NCBI GenBank assembly: GCA_903872035.1 | Contig: CAIQIZ010000009.1 | Span: 7,299-71,298 of the forward strand | Direction of reading: 5' to 3' | Length of the DNA stretch: 64,000 nt | Origin: an uncultured bacterium | GTDB lineage: Bacteria > Patescibacteriota > Minisyncoccia > Phycocordibacterales > PALSA-1337 | Shown here: positions 7,218 to 18,566 of the stretch, piece by piece | How positions within the stretch are numbered: position 1 is the stretch's first letter | Layout: each line of letters starts with the position of its first letter | Position numbers and translations under genes: made by a program | Notes under the pieces: model-generated | Database searches by the model: none | Told to the model about the DNA's origin: nothing | What the model saw: only the letters and a program-made list of their open reading frames with translations

Positions 7218-9515
7218 CTATTTGCCGCTCTGCACTTGCTTAATGGCCGCATCGATCTGATCTTTGAGCTCAGGATGCAACTTCTGGAGGGCTTGCAAAG
7301 TCTTGACCGCAGCTGATTTTTGACCAGACACATATTGGAGCTGGGCCAATTGTCCTTGCAGATTGATATCTGACGGGCTGCTCGAGGCCAAGTTGGTATA
7401 TATGGCGATAGCCTTGCTATATTCCTTCCTTGAAGAATAGACACTGGCCATCTGTTGCGAACCAAAGATGACTGGGTCATTACCAAAGAGCTTATGAGCT
7501 TCTGTTTCTTTGCCATCCAAAACCAAAGTGATAGCGTAGGCATTTTTGGCTTGCGCGTAATCCGGAGCAGACTCATAAGCTTGTTTCAGCAGCGCTTCGG
7601 CCTCCGCCGCTTTGCCAGAATTGATGTATGCATTCGCTAGTTCGAAATCCAACGTCTGTTTGGCCGGTGAGAGCTCATGACCCTTTTCCAAAAGTTCCAA
7701 AGCTGGAACATATTGACCGATACTGTTGTAGAAGGCTCCACCTAGAACATAAGCGCGGGCATCTTTGGGCGTAGCAGCCACCTGAGCTTGGATCTCTTTG
7801 CTGGCTAGAGTAAAGAATGCCTGCTTGGTCGGTCCGGCTACCTGCTGACTGGCAATGACGCTACCAGCACAAGACATGACTTGCTCGCGAATCTCCTGGT
7901 TAGCTAGGTAGACATTTACATTCAAAGCACTCTGAAAGGCCGCGGTGTCTAGGTTCTGACCGCCACAAGTCTGTAAAGCAGTGATGAGACGGCTATTGGC
8001 TTCGATCGGTCGGATATTGTAGAAGTAGACCGCACCGATCAAAAGAACGATCGCTATAGGTGCCACGATATATTCGACAGCATCCATTCTAGTCGGCTCT
8101 GTGCCGAACCAATTCAGAGATTGCCAGCGGGACGCACCAACATTCCCTACCGAAGGATTTGAACCGATGGGGACAGTCGCCCCGACCAAAGATTTTGTAT
8201 CTGCTTTTGGCAATGAATTCGCGAATCCCAGAGCCGCGAAGAACAAGACGTAGCTGGCCAAGTTATCGAAGACGAATACATTGTGAACAAAGTAGCCAGC
8301 GAGCAATCCTGTGAGGACGCTCTTTTCGAGGATGCCAAGCGAAGACTTCCAAACGGCCACAAGAAAAAGAACGTATAAGGCGAGATATGCCATCAATCCG
8401 ACGATTCCAGAATCGACTAACCAGTCGAGGAAGACGTTGTGAGCGCGGTCGAACCATTGCTCTTGGGCATACATGGCCGGATTGTAATCGGCATTGAATA
8501 TATAGTTGAAATTCTCTTGACCCCAACCGAACAATGGACGATGCATAGCGCCGTTTATCGCCATCGGCCAAATGAACTGGCGGGCCTGATTGGAAGCTTC
8601 ATACCAAGAAAGATTGGAGAACCTTCCGAGGATCGGGTTTGTTGTGATGGATGGATTGTGGCGATTGGCCCAAAATACCAAACCTAGGAGCACGATGAGA
8701 GCGATGATCCCTCCAGATATCCATCGTCTTTTCTTCGATTCTCCCTTGCCAAAAAATGCGTAGATGGCGCAAGCCAGCATGATACCGCCTATCAAGCCTA
8801 GGATGGTACCGCGAGTTTGAGTCTCCAAAATAATGAACCCGAAGAGCACAGCAAGAACTGCATAGACCCATTGCAAGGATCCGGCATACAGCATCTTCTT
8901 GGCGCGAGCCACGAAGAACATATAAGCCGCGATGAAACCGCTGAGCAACATGTATATGGCCATATAAGCAGAGTTACCAAGAGATGCATCCAAACGCGTC
9001 GCCCCTTGGTGAGTCGGAGTCCAACCGAGGAATTGAGCGATGCCGTATAGAGCGACGATGAAAGCGATGAGCAATGAGGCATTGAACCAACGATGCCATG
9101 ATCTTTGACCATTCTCCGTAGAGACTCCCCCGCTGCGGAGATCCATGGGACCGAAGAGGCTGGTAGTGACGATATAGAAAGCCCAGAGATGGATGATGAC
9201 GATCCAACCTTCCATGCGCTCGAAGTTAGACCAGAGGCTACGGAGCGGATTGACACCGAGAAGATCGGCGATGAGAGCGATCAGGGCAAATAGAGTCACT
9301 CCGATAGTAAGCGGTGAGATTCGTGGTCGGTATTTTGGTTCGATGAAAGCCAAAATTGCCCAGGCGGCAAAGGCTATCTCCACTAGGATCCTAAAATAAA
9401 AAGCTTTTCCAGTGATGAATGGGAAGAAAAATGAATTGGTGACGATCAGAGGAAAGATCGGGATCAGGAACAAAGCGGCAATGGCAACATACTGGGCGAT
9501 TTTTTTTATAGGCAT
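7218..9515 (-). CDS. O-antigen ligase / O-oligosaccharyltransferase (Wzy_C) family protein with C-terminal TPRs
   Basis: Many TM helices, TRG motif, FGWGQENF, RAHNVFLDWLVDSGIVGL; TPR-like helical C-terminus. Confidence 0.9.
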   Translation of the reverse strand: MPIKKIAQYVAIAALFLIPIFPLIVTNSFFFPFITGKAFYFRILVEIAFAAWAILAFIEPKYRPRISPLTIGVTLFALIALIADLLGVNPLRSLWSNFERMEGWIVIIHLWAFYIVTTSLFGPMDLRSGGVSTENGQRSWHRWFNASLLIAFIVALYGIAQFLGWTPTHQGATRLDASLGNSAYMAIYMLLSGFIAAYMFFVARAKKMLYAGSLQWVYAVLAVLFGFIILETQTRGTILGLIGGIMLACAIYAFFGKGESKKRRWISGGIIALIVLLGLVFWANRHNPSITTNPILGRFSNLSWYEASNQARQFIWPMAINGAMHRPLFGWGQENFNYIFNADYNPAMYAQEQWFDRAHNVFLDWLVDSGIVGLMAYLALYVLFLVAVWKSSLGILEKSVLTGLLAGYFVHNVFVFDNLASYVLFFAALGFANSLPKADTKSLVGATVPIGSNPSVGNVGASRWQSLNWFGTEPTRMDAVEYIVAPIAIVLLIGAVYFYNIRPIEANSRLITALQTCGGQNLDTAAFQSALNVNVYLANQEIREQVMSCAGSVIASQQVAGPTKQAFFTLASKEIQAQVAATPKDARAYVLGGAFYNSIGQYVPALELLEKGHELSPAKQTLDFELANAYINSGKAAEAEALLKQAYESAPDYAQAKNAYAITLVLDGKETEAHKLFGNDPVIFGSQQMASVYSSRKEYSKAIAIYTNLASSSPSDINLQGQLAQLQYVSGQKSAAVKTLQALQKLHPELKDQIDAAIKQVQSGK

Positions 9516-9588
9516 GAGAATTTCCGATAAATATTAATATAGAAAAACACTATAGCATATAAAATAAATTGTGTGTTAGTATGGCTCC

Positions 9589-10413
9589 ATGTCTCAGGTC
9601 GTCACCGTTATCAGGCCTAAAAAGATCTTTCACCTGCATGATCTCAAAGAATTATGGCAGTACCGAGAACTGCTGTACTTCTTCAGCTGGCGCGACCTCA
9701 AGGTCAGGTACAAACAGACTGCGATCGGAGCTCTGTGGGCCATCTTCCAACCATTCATCACCATGGTGGTCTTCTCCGTATTCTTCGGCGGTTTGGCCAA
9801 GATCCCATCTGACAACGTTCCCTATCCGATTTTCGTCTACGTCGGATTGCTCTTCTGGCAATTCTTTTCTGGAGCGCTTTCCGATACCAGCGATTCGTTG
9901 GTCAATAATCGGGCCATCATCACCAAAGTCTATTTTCCACGCCTCATCCTGCCGGCCTCATCCGTCGTCACCAAACTAGTCGACTTCGCCATCGCTTCAG
10001 TCATCTTGGTCGGGCTCATGTTCTACTATGGCTATGTACCGCATCTGGCTGGTCTCCTCATTTTGCCGCTTCTGCTCATCATAACTTTCATGGCAGCCAT
10101 AGGCGGCGGTCTCTTCCTGGCGGCCATAAACGTCAAGTATCGTGACATCCGCTACGCTCTGCCATTCTTCATTCAGCTCATGCTCTTCGTCACCCCAGTC
10201 ATTTACCCAGCCAGCTTGGCTGGCAAATATTCCATGCTTCTAGCCATAAACCCGATGACTGGCGTCATCCAGAATGCCCGGGCAGCGCTCCTCGGCACAA
10301 CTCCGATAAACTGGCTGCTCATCGCCCTCTCATTCGTCGCCTGTTTCATCCTCCTCCTAGTCGGCATATACGTCTTCAAGAAAGTCGAGCGCTACTTCGC
10401 TGACATACTATAA
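9589..10413 (+). CDS. wzm: Polysaccharide ABC transporter permease
   Basis: [40 protein letters not shown]. Confidence 0.95.
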   Translation: MSQVVTVIRPKKIFHLHDLKELWQYRELLYFFSWRDLKVRYKQTAIGALWAIFQPFITMVVFSVFFGGLAKIPSDNVPYPIFVYVGLLFWQFFSGALSDTSDSLVNNRAIITKVYFPRLILPASSVVTKLVDFAIASVILVGLMFYYGYVPHLAGLLILPLLLIITFMAAIGGGLFLAAINVKYRDIRYALPFFIQLMLFVTPVIYPASLAGKYSMLLAINPMTGVIQNARAALLGTTPINWLLIALSFVACFILLLVGIYVFKKVERYFADIL

Positions 10414-10417
10414 AATC

Positions 10418-11695
10418 ATGGAAAAACCTATCATCGAAGTCAAGAATCTGAGCAAGAAATATCTCATCAACCATGAGCGAGGTAAATACGTGGCTCTTCG
10501 TGATGTCATCTCCGGTTATTTCCGTAATCCATTTGGCTTCATCAGATCGAAAGTCCGAGCAGCCGCCGGTCTGGAAAAAAAAGAAGAATTTTGGGCCCTA
10601 AGCGATGTTAATTTTTCCGTGAAGAAAGGCGAGGTAGTCGGCGTCATCGGACACAACGGCGCCGGCAAGTCTACCCTATTGAAGATCATCTCGCAGATCA
10701 CGCCACCATCCGATGGAGAGATCATCATCCGCGGTCGCGTCGGGTCGCTCCTCGAAGTCGGCACTGGTTTCCATCCGGAATTGTCCGGCCGCGAGAATAT
10801 TTTCTTGAATGGCGCCATCCTCGGCATGAAGAGAGTGGAGATCGCTGAAAAATTCGACCAGATCGTGGCTTTTGCTGGCATAGAGAAATTCCTGGACACA
10901 CCGGTCAAATATTATTCGAGTGGAATGTATGTGCGTCTTGCCTTCTCTGTCGCCGCCCATATGGAGCCAGACGTACTTTTGGTAGACGAAGTTCTGGCCG
11001 TCGGCGACGCCGAATTCCAAAAGAAATGCCTTGGCAAGATGGACGAGATCACCAAGAAGGAAGGCCGGACCATCCTCTTCGTCAGCCATAACTTGGCGGC
11101 CATCCGCCAACTCTGCAAAAAGACTATCGTCCTCGGCCAAGGAAAGATCGCTTTTTCCGGCGATACCGACAAAGCCATAGAATTCTATATGCGTAATGCT
11201 CCAGAACAGACCAATCACGAAGATCTATCTGACAAAAAAAGAGAGGAGCGGGCAAGAAGGAATGTTCTTTTCACTAAGATATCTTTCCATGGGGCGTCGG
11301 GAGAAACGATGAACCGCGCACAATGCGGACAACCACTGATCGTCAGCTTGGCTTACAAATCCAAGACAAATACGACTCTGGAGAATTGTCGAGCTTCCAT
11401 CTCTTTCAAGACGACTTATGACGAGCTGCTTTTCCTTTGCGCCACAGACTTGGTGAATAAAGATAGGTTCGACTTGGCTCCGGAGGGAGAAATAAAATGC
11501 CGAATAGATAGCCTGCCTCTCCCCAAAGGCCGATATATGATCTCTATATTTTTCCAGGTAAATAATCAAATCGAAGACTGGATAGAGGAAGTGGCCGTCA
11601 TCGATGTTGAGAACGGAGATTTCTTCGGAACAGGTTCGGCACAGACATACCTCGAAGGTTCGAGCGTGCTCGTAAAACATAAATGGCTCCTATGA
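10418..11695 (+). CDS. wzt: Polysaccharide ABC transporter ATPase with Wzt C-terminal domain
   Basis: [32 protein letters not shown]; ~170-aa C-terminal extension. Confidence 0.95.
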   Translation: MEKPIIEVKNLSKKYLINHERGKYVALRDVISGYFRNPFGFIRSKVRAAAGLEKKEEFWALSDVNFSVKKGEVVGVIGHNGAGKSTLLKIISQITPPSDGEIIIRGRVGSLLEVGTGFHPELSGRENIFLNGAILGMKRVEIAEKFDQIVAFAGIEKFLDTPVKYYSSGMYVRLAFSVAAHMEPDVLLVDEVLAVGDAEFQKKCLGKMDEITKKEGRTILFVSHNLAAIRQLCKKTIVLGQGKIAFSGDTDKAIEFYMRNAPEQTNHEDLSDKKREERARRNVLFTKISFHGASGETMNRAQCGQPLIVSLAYKSKTNTTLENCRASISFKTTYDELLFLCATDLVNKDRFDLAPEGEIKCRIDSLPLPKGRYMISIFFQVNNQIEDWIEEVAVIDVENGDFFGTGSAQTYLEGSSVLVKHKWLL

Positions 11696-12396
11696 ACCCA
11701 TTCAACCTAGCTAAAAAAGTCGTTCCATATGTGCGCACGAAGATCTATTTCTTTAAAAAGAATATGGCGCATTCGCGGCAGTATTCGGATATCGATCGAC
11801 TTAGAATTACTTTCTCAAATCACCATCCCCTGCTTCTCCATTTCGGCTGCGGACCTCGCATTCTCAAAGATTGGATCAACATCGATCTCTATAGCGATCC
11901 CGAGAAAAAGAGCTCTAAAGGAAAGGCCGTTGATCTTCCTGCAAAAGAAAGCGGGACAAAGGATGATCTGTTCTGCTTCAATATCACAGAGACGGGCTTG
12001 CCTCTTCCGGACGGATGCGTTGACGCTATCTTTCATGAAGATTTTTTTGAGCATATCGATCAAATGGAACAAGTCATTTTTCTAGCCGAGACTTTACGAG
12101 TCATGAAAAAAGGAGCGGTGCACCGGATAAATTCACCTGATCTGCTGATCTCAATGAGGGATCATTCGGATTTTTCAAAAGGAAAAGATGGTGTGTATAT
12201 CGGCGAATGGAACAATCATGGCCACAAATCAATACCGACACATTCGTATATCAAAGAAATGGCCCTCATGGTTGGCTACAAAGAAGTGCGTTTTAACAGC
12301 CGCAACCAAAGCATCTCGAATTTTATCCCGCAAGAATTCAAACCGGCCAACGACAGGCCTGAAAACGGAAATATCTTCGCAGATCTGATCAAATAA
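11692..12396 (+). CDS. SAM-dependent methyltransferase
   Basis: LHFGCGPR...WINID, HEDFFEH; ATGA overlap with wzt (alternative start 11683). Confidence 0.8.
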   Translation: MNPFNLAKKVVPYVRTKIYFFKKNMAHSRQYSDIDRLRITFSNHHPLLLHFGCGPRILKDWINIDLYSDPEKKSSKGKAVDLPAKESGTKDDLFCFNITETGLPLPDGCVDAIFHEDFFEHIDQMEQVIFLAETLRVMKKGAVHRINSPDLLISMRDHSDFSKGKDGVYIGEWNNHGHKSIPTHSYIKEMALMVGYKEVRFNSRNQSISNFIPQEFKPANDRPENGNIFADLIK

Positions 12397-12430
12397 CCAA
12401 TAGGTGTTCAACTATTAAATCCAATCAACA

Positions 12431-13366
12431 ATGTCTATTTCATTCAAAACTCCAGTCCTCTTGCTCATCTTCAACAGGCCCGTACCAACGGCAAAAGTTT
12501 TTTCCGAGATCAGGAAAGCTAGACCAGAAAAGCTATTCATCGCAGCCGATGGACCGCGCCCTGACAGGCCCGATGATATCGAGAATTGCCGACTCGCCCG
12601 GGCAGCCGTGTCAAATGTCGACTGGCCCTGTGAAGTGAAAACGCTCTTTCAGGAAAAGAATCACGGCTGCAAGATCGGAGCCACGACTGGAATAACCTGG
12701 TTCTTCGATAATGTCGAAGAAGGCATGATCATCGAAGATGACTGTCTCCCTGATCCATCGTTCTTCCCTTTTTGTGAACAATTGCTAGAAAAATTCAGAT
12801 ACACCGAAAATGTCTGCATGATCTCCGGATATAACGGCAGTTCATCGACGCTCACTCCTTATTCGTATTTCTACTCGCGCTATGGTCATCTCTGGGGATG
12901 GGCTTCGTGGAGACGAATCTGGAAACAATATGACGTGACGATGAAAGTCTGGGCTTCGAAAGCCAACCGGAGAAAGATCAAACGAGAGATCAATGACAAG
13001 AATAATTGGGACTACCGCCAATGGCTCTACCAGGAAACTTTCGAAGGCCGGAAAGATACTTGGGATTACCAATGGGAAACATATCGCCTCTTTCATCGCC
13101 AGTACTCGATAATCCCTGAAAAAAACTTGATCGAAAATCTCGGCTTTGGACCTGACGCTACGCATACCAAACGGTCCACATCCTATCTCATAAAAAAACG
13201 AGAGGCTCTGCAATTCCCATTGATCCACAATACCGAAAAAATTGCTCCCCTAGATGCGTATGACAAACAACTGGGCCCTCTAACACCGGCATATAGCATG
13301 CGTGTGCGAAAGATCCGCCAAGTTGTGAAGAGAATCCTCAAAACGTTCGGGTTAGTACGCGCTTGA
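12431..13366 (+). CDS. Nucleotide-diphospho-sugar transferase (GT-A)
   Basis: FNRP, AADGPR, IIEDDCLP, WGWASW, WDYQW, NLGFG. Confidence 0.9.
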   Translation: MSISFKTPVLLLIFNRPVPTAKVFSEIRKARPEKLFIAADGPRPDRPDDIENCRLARAAVSNVDWPCEVKTLFQEKNHGCKIGATTGITWFFDNVEEGMIIEDDCLPDPSFFPFCEQLLEKFRYTENVCMISGYNGSSSTLTPYSYFYSRYGHLWGWASWRRIWKQYDVTMKVWASKANRRKIKREINDKNNWDYRQWLYQETFEGRKDTWDYQWETYRLFHRQYSIIPEKNLIENLGFGPDATHTKRSTSYLIKKREALQFPLIHNTEKIAPLDAYDKQLGPLTPAYSMRVRKIRQVVKRILKTFGLVRA

Positions 13367-13400
13367 TGTATGACGCTTAGTTCACTGCTGACTACGATCT

Positions 13401-13429
13401 TTGACAACCCTAATATTAAAATATACAGT
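13401..13429 (+). promoter_or_regulatory. Sigma70-like promoter of the radical SAM gene
   Basis: TTGACA-17 nt-TACAGT. Confidence 0.55.
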
Positions 13430-13489
13430 TGACCAAGAATAGGCATAGGACTCGTAGTTCTATGACAAAACAAATTCAAGGAAAAGCAT

Positions 13490-15031
13490 ATGAACGAAAT
13501 AGAATTGTCCCTCGGAGGCAGACGGGATCTGCCGATGAGGATATGTCTCATAATCCCACCGTCGCTTTTCCTCATGGATGAGCGCGTCTTTATCTCACTA
13601 GGAATCCTCAAGGTCGCAGCAGTTCTCGAGATATCTGGCCTCCAAGTCGAAGTGATCGATCTTTCCGGAGTCAAAAATTACGAGGAAGCCATATACGACT
13701 ATTGCATCCGCAGACCAGAGATCAAATGGTTTGGGATCACCTCGACTACCCCACAGTTCCCGGCTACCACCAAGATCGTCAAAACGATCCGAAGGAATGC
13801 CCCGGACGCAAAGATCATCATCGGCGGTCCTCACGCAACATTGGTGAACGCCGCTTACAAGCTGGAAAAGCGCTTGGGCAAGAACGGTCGCGCCGTCAAA
13901 GCCATCGCCAGGCTGCAAAGCTTGTTCGATGTGATCGTGGCCGGCGATGGCGAAGAAGCCATCTTTCAAGCATTCGGCCAATCAGCCGGAGCGATCGTCG
14001 ATGCCGACAACACAGCATCTCCTCTATTCCTGACCAACCGACGTCTGACCGAACTACCGTTCCCGGCACGTCACCTCGTCGATCTCGAAAGCTACCATTA
14101 CTCGATCGATGGCGTTCCTGCCACCTCGCTCATCGCACAGCTTGGCTGCCCATTCGGTTGCGGCTTCTGCGGCGGCCGAGAATCATCCGCGCTTCGAAAG
14201 ATCCGGACTCGCACTTCAGAGAACATCGTCTCGGAGATAGTCCACCTTCACCATACGTATGGGATGAATGGATTCATGCTCTACGACGACGAACTCAACG
14301 TCAACAGAGACATGGTGACCCTGATGCGGCTTATCGCAAAGACTCAACAGGATCTCGATGTGGAATGGCGCCTTCGCGGCTTCATCAAGTCCCACCTCTT
14401 CACAGACGAACAGGCTGATGTCATGTATGCGGCCGGGTTTCGCTGGATCTTGGTCGGCTTCGAATCCGGCTCGCCGGAAATCCTGGAGACCATCAACAAA
14501 AGAGCCACCCGAGAAGAGAATACTCGCTGTTTGGAGATCGCTCACAAACACGGCCTCAAAGTGAAAGCCCTCATGTCCATCGGACATCCTGGAGAATCAC
14601 CAGAGACCATACAAGCAAGCAAAGATTGGCTTATTCAGAACAGACCGGACGATTTCGATGTCTCCATCATCACACCGTATCCAGGTACCCCATACTTCGA
14701 TCATGCAGTCATGAACAAAGATGGATTCTGGGTCTACACAAGCCCAAAAAATGGAGACCAACTGCTACAGGTCGAGGTGGATTATGCCGAGGTCGAAAGC
14801 TATTACAAAGGCGATCCGAACGGAGGATACCGATCCTGCGTCTTCACCAAAGACATCTCCGCCGACGGGCTCGTCTCGGCTCGTAACACACTCGAGAAGG
14901 AAGTCAGGGAGATACTAGAGGTTCCTTATAACGTCGGCGCGCCATCGATCCAGTATGAACACTCGATGGGTCAGCACGGATTCCCTTCGAACATCCTACG
15001 CACGACTGACGAGGTTCAATGCGTTCCTTGA
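13490..15031 (+). CDS. Cobalamin-binding radical SAM protein (class B methyltransferase-like)
   Basis: B12-binding N-domain (SLGILKVAA...GGPHAT...GDGE), CPFGCGFC motif, YDDE, GFESGS, PYPGT. Confidence 0.92.
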   Translation: MNEIELSLGGRRDLPMRICLIIPPSLFLMDERVFISLGILKVAAVLEISGLQVEVIDLSGVKNYEEAIYDYCIRRPEIKWFGITSTTPQFPATTKIVKTIRRNAPDAKIIIGGPHATLVNAAYKLEKRLGKNGRAVKAIARLQSLFDVIVAGDGEEAIFQAFGQSAGAIVDADNTASPLFLTNRRLTELPFPARHLVDLESYHYSIDGVPATSLIAQLGCPFGCGFCGGRESSALRKIRTRTSENIVSEIVHLHHTYGMNGFMLYDDELNVNRDMVTLMRLIAKTQQDLDVEWRLRGFIKSHLFTDEQADVMYAAGFRWILVGFESGSPEILETINKRATREENTRCLEIAHKHGLKVKALMSIGHPGESPETIQASKDWLIQNRPDDFDVSIITPYPGTPYFDHAVMNKDGFWVYTSPKNGDQLLQVEVDYAEVESYYKGDPNGGYRSCVFTKDISADGLVSARNTLEKEVREILEVPYNVGAPSIQYEHSMGQHGFPSNILRTTDEVQCVP

Positions 15032-15055
15032 ATCTGTTTGATCAACGTTTTTTAC

Positions 15056-15083
15056 TCCCCTGCCGGTCGCGGGGGATTTTTTT
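15056..15083 (+). terminator. Intrinsic terminator
   Basis: TCCCCTGC-CGGTC-GCGGGGGA then T7. Confidence 0.8.
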
Positions 15084-15116
15084 ATTCCATCTAGCGAGTT
15101 GCGTCGCGACCACCCT

Positions 15117-15977
15117 TTATAAAACCTGATCAGTCTGCTTTCCTGTCAATTTTTTCTTGAGACCACGGTAATTTTCCCTGACATATTTTATCAGCTTCAA
15201 GAGCGGCGCTGTAATAAAATCGAAATACTTGCGACCAGCAAGATATATGACCTTAGTCAAGAAAGATGATGGGTGCGTATCGATATATTTGATTATTTGC
15301 AGCGTCGGATATGTCTTCGAGCTTTTACCGGCAAAGTGTAGAAAACTGGACTCCTCATACATACGTAGAATGGTCGACAGACCTTTTCCGAAAGCCTCTC
15401 GATAAGCCCATACGATCTGATTGAATTCAGACGGCAGGAGCTTTCCTTTGGGACCGTTCAGTAGGTGATAAGAAACCGGACCGTTGTCGTAGCAAGGTTG
15501 CTCTTCATAATCATAAAAGACTTTTTCCAATACTGGCTGACTCTCTTTTGTCACGATGAAAACGCCGGCATTCAGCATTATCTTCGGACGGTTTTCTGGA
15601 GGGCAATGATCATAAAGCTTGAGATCGTTATCAGTCAGATATTTGACTTTATACGGATTGTTATCTGCCATGCTCCAAGGCACATCCCCGACAACTTCGA
15701 AAGGATTCTTGGCATGCCTCGTAACATAGACATCTGCGTCGATGAATAGTATGTGCGAATATTGCGCGATCCGCGGATCTTTGAACATGAGCATCTTCTG
15801 CCAGGACGGATGTTTATGCTTGGTTGAGAATTCGATGTCTTTCGTTATATACAAAAATTCAGTCTGGATCTTTTTTGCAAAGCTGGTCTGGCTATCCTTG
15901 AATACTTCTTCATAGGCTTTCGTATACTTCTCTCCCATGACAGTCGAGACGATCAGATTATCTTTGTCTTTTTTCAT
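15117..15977 (-). CDS. GT-A glycosyltransferase (GT8/GT34-like)
   Basis: HPSWQK, ILFIDADV (DxD), LNAGVF, FLHFAG. Confidence 0.8.
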   Translation of the reverse strand: MKKDKDNLIVSTVMGEKYTKAYEEVFKDSQTSFAKKIQTEFLYITKDIEFSTKHKHPSWQKMLMFKDPRIAQYSHILFIDADVYVTRHAKNPFEVVGDVPWSMADNNPYKVKYLTDNDLKLYDHCPPENRPKIMLNAGVFIVTKESQPVLEKVFYDYEEQPCYDNGPVSYHLLNGPKGKLLPSEFNQIVWAYREAFGKGLSTILRMYEESSFLHFAGKSSKTYPTLQIIKYIDTHPSSFLTKVIYLAGRKYFDFITAPLLKLIKYVRENYRGLKKKLTGKQTDQVL

Positions 15978-15997
15978 ATCTGAGAGTATATGATATC

Positions 15998-16849
15998 ATG
16001 CCTAAAATGAAAACTACGACCAAATCCGCAAAGGATATCGTAAAAGGATTGACACCTCCCTTCTTGTACGACACCGTCCGATCTCTCATAAAGGGCTCAA
16101 AGCAGCCGAGGCCGTCCTGGATAACGTTGAACTACAAACCGATGGTAAGCGTCAAGCTATATCTCGACCCAACAGGCTCGTGGCAACAAAAGATGATCGA
16201 TGGTTCATACGATCGATTCCTATTCGACCAGATAGCGAAACTGAACCCAAAAGGTAAAACCATATACGACTTAGGCGCGCATATCGGATATCACTCATAT
16301 TATTTCGCCAAACTCGTGAGTGAAACTGGCACCGTTTACGCCTTTGAACCAAACCTGGCGAACATTTCGAGGATAGAAATGATCCTGAAAAATAATCCCG
16401 ATCTTCAGAAGATCGTCAAACTACAAAAAGTGGCTATCTCCGATATGACCGGAAAGACCGAATTCAATATGAGCGAAGATATCGAAAGCGGCCGTAGCTC
16501 CGGCAATTTCATCGGCAAGGCTGATCCATTCTTTAATAAGGAAGTCTATAAATATAAGAATTTCCAGAAAACTGAAGTCAGCGTCACTTCTCTTGATGAC
16601 CTCACCAAGGACGTGGATCCTCGGCTTCTTCCGGATATCATCAAGATAGATATTGAAGGTGCAGAATTTTTGGCATTGAAAGGAGCAACGGGGCTGCTCG
16701 AGCGGAAGAAACCGGTACTATTCATCGAGGTGCACTCCATGCAAAACATGTTCAAGATAATGACTTTCTTGAATTCTATTTCCTACAGATCCGAAATCAT
16801 TCACACAGAGAATAACGGCATCTGCTACCTGCAAGCCCAAGCGAAATAA
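15998..16849 (+). CDS. FkbM family methyltransferase
   Basis: YDLGAHIG, AFEP, IKIDIEGAE; start may be 16007. Confidence 0.9.
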   Translation: MPKMKTTTKSAKDIVKGLTPPFLYDTVRSLIKGSKQPRPSWITLNYKPMVSVKLYLDPTGSWQQKMIDGSYDRFLFDQIAKLNPKGKTIYDLGAHIGYHSYYFAKLVSETGTVYAFEPNLANISRIEMILKNNPDLQKIVKLQKVAISDMTGKTEFNMSEDIESGRSSGNFIGKADPFFNKEVYKYKNFQKTEVSVTSLDDLTKDVDPRLLPDIIKIDIEGAEFLALKGATGLLERKKPVLFIEVHSMQNMFKIMTFLNSISYRSEIIHTENNGICYLQAQAK

Positions 16850-16850
16850 T

Positions 16851-17792
16851 ATGCGGACCCACGCTATAACCATATTCGACAAGAACTACCTCGGTCGAGT
16901 TCTGGCCTTCCGAGAATCATTCGAGGCACATTCACCAGAAACACATGTCCACTTTCTCTGTCTGGATGAGACATCGTATGAGATGTTATCGAAGTTGAAT
17001 CTGCCAAATACCACTCTGGTACAAGTGAGCGACCTCAAAGACCCCGAACTCGTTGCGTCACGTGAGACACGAACGGGACCGGAATTCGCTTCGACGACCA
17101 AACCTGCCTTCTTGCAATACATGTTGAATAGCGGATCGGTCGGACCAGCAGATCTACTGGTCTTCATAGACCCCGACTTCTTCTTCTATGAGTCGCCAGA
17201 AGCTATCTTTAAAAAAATGTACGATTCTGGTTCGATCATCATCACGTCTCACCGTTTTCCGAAGCAAAGAGAGAATGAGCAATTTATGAAAGGAAAATTC
17301 AACGCGGGATTCATGGGCTTTCGGAACGACGCGAACACCAGAATATGCCTGGCGGAATGGCGCAAGCAATGCATCGACTGGTGCTATATCAGATTCGAAG
17401 ATGGCAAGATCGGAGACCAAGGATATCTAACGGAGTGGCCGAACAAATATAAGGGCGTATATGTGCTGCCGGATCTCGGGGTTAATCTGAGTACCTGGAA
17501 TATCGCCAACTATTCTATAAAAGAATCCGGATCGGGACATTTCCTCATAGATGGCCAACCTCTAATTTGTTACCACTTCCATGGGATGAGACTGTATTTC
17601 GATCGAAAGAATCGAGTACAAGCAGCCCCAATAACAGTTTTCAACAAAGATATCTATAGACCCTATGTCCAAGCCTTACAAAGAGCCTACGATCGTTTAC
17701 AGACTCTCGAGAAGAATTGGACGCTGGGAACGATCCCAAATCCCGGGTTTTTACGCATACTTAAACAGAAGCTCATGAGAGCTTTTCAATGA
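16851..17792 (+). CDS. Putative glycosyltransferase (GT-A)
   Basis: FIDPDFFF (DxD), FNAGF, CIDWCY...GDQGYL, CYHFHG. Confidence 0.8.
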   Translation: MRTHAITIFDKNYLGRVLAFRESFEAHSPETHVHFLCLDETSYEMLSKLNLPNTTLVQVSDLKDPELVASRETRTGPEFASTTKPAFLQYMLNSGSVGPADLLVFIDPDFFFYESPEAIFKKMYDSGSIIITSHRFPKQRENEQFMKGKFNAGFMGFRNDANTRICLAEWRKQCIDWCYIRFEDGKIGDQGYLTEWPNKYKGVYVLPDLGVNLSTWNIANYSIKESGSGHFLIDGQPLICYHFHGMRLYFDRKNRVQAAPITVFNKDIYRPYVQALQRAYDRLQTLEKNWTLGTIPNPGFLRILKQKLMRAFQ

Positions 17793-17827
17793 TATTTAAT
17801 GGCGTTATATAATCATATTTTAAATCC

Positions 17828-18535
17828 ATGGCCCATCACCCACTCCGCAAAATATTCCAAAAGACTGGTTTTGATTTCCACAAGTACAGACCCGAATCGG
17901 ACAGGTTGGGTTGGCCGAAAGCTATAGGCGTAAAGACCGTCCTCGACGTCGGCGCAAATACCGGCCAATTCGCCAAGGAGATTAGGGAGATCTTGCCCGA
18001 CGCACAGATATACGCCTTCGAACCCCTGGCTGACTGCTATGCTGAACTGCTAGAAAACATGAAGAGTGACCACAAATTCAAGGCCTTCAATTTCGCCTTA
18101 GGCGATACGGACGGCGATGTCTCTATGAATAGAAGCTCTTCCTCGGCGAGCTCGTCCATCCTCACCATGGCTGATACCCATAAAAAGCTCTTCCCACATA
18201 CTAGTGGCTCAACCAAAGAGACGATAAAAGTGCGACGCCTCGATAACGTAAAGGAGCTCGATCCTACCAAACTCGCCAAGCCGATCCTTCTCAAGATAGA
18301 CACCCAGGGCTTCGAAGACAAGGTCATCCGTGGCGCCACCTCGTTCCTGAAGCAGGTGAAGATGATGATAGTCGAGACTTCCTTCATGAATCTCTATGAG
18401 CATCAGCCGCTCTTCAAGGACATCTATGCACTGCTCACAGCACAAGGATTCTCATACCACGGATCACTGCATCAGAGACTGAAACCTGTGACCAGAGAGC
18501 TCATATACGAGGATTCGTTCTTTGTGAGGGAGTAG
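17828..18535 (+). CDS. FkbM family methyltransferase
   Basis: LDVGANTGQ, AFEP, LKIDTQGFE. Confidence 0.92.
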   Translation: MAHHPLRKIFQKTGFDFHKYRPESDRLGWPKAIGVKTVLDVGANTGQFAKEIREILPDAQIYAFEPLADCYAELLENMKSDHKFKAFNFALGDTDGDVSMNRSSSSASSSILTMADTHKKLFPHTSGSTKETIKVRRLDNVKELDPTKLAKPILLKIDTQGFEDKVIRGATSFLKQVKMMIVETSFMNLYEHQPLFKDIYALLTAQGFSYHGSLHQRLKPVTRELIYEDSFFVRE

Positions 18536-18566
18536 GGCTGATCTCTTTTAATCTACGAACCGAATC

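Noticed and set aside
8128-8196. Possible decayed palindromic insert in the O-antigen ligase loop (KSLVGATVPIGSNPSVGNVGASR)
   Set aside because: Looks like an insertion but pairing is too weak to call from sequence alone.
13598-14918. Long antisense or alternative-frame ORFs over the radical SAM gene (and similar ones over wzt, asnB and murD)
   Set aside because: Shadows of codon bias in real genes; no motifs or start signals.
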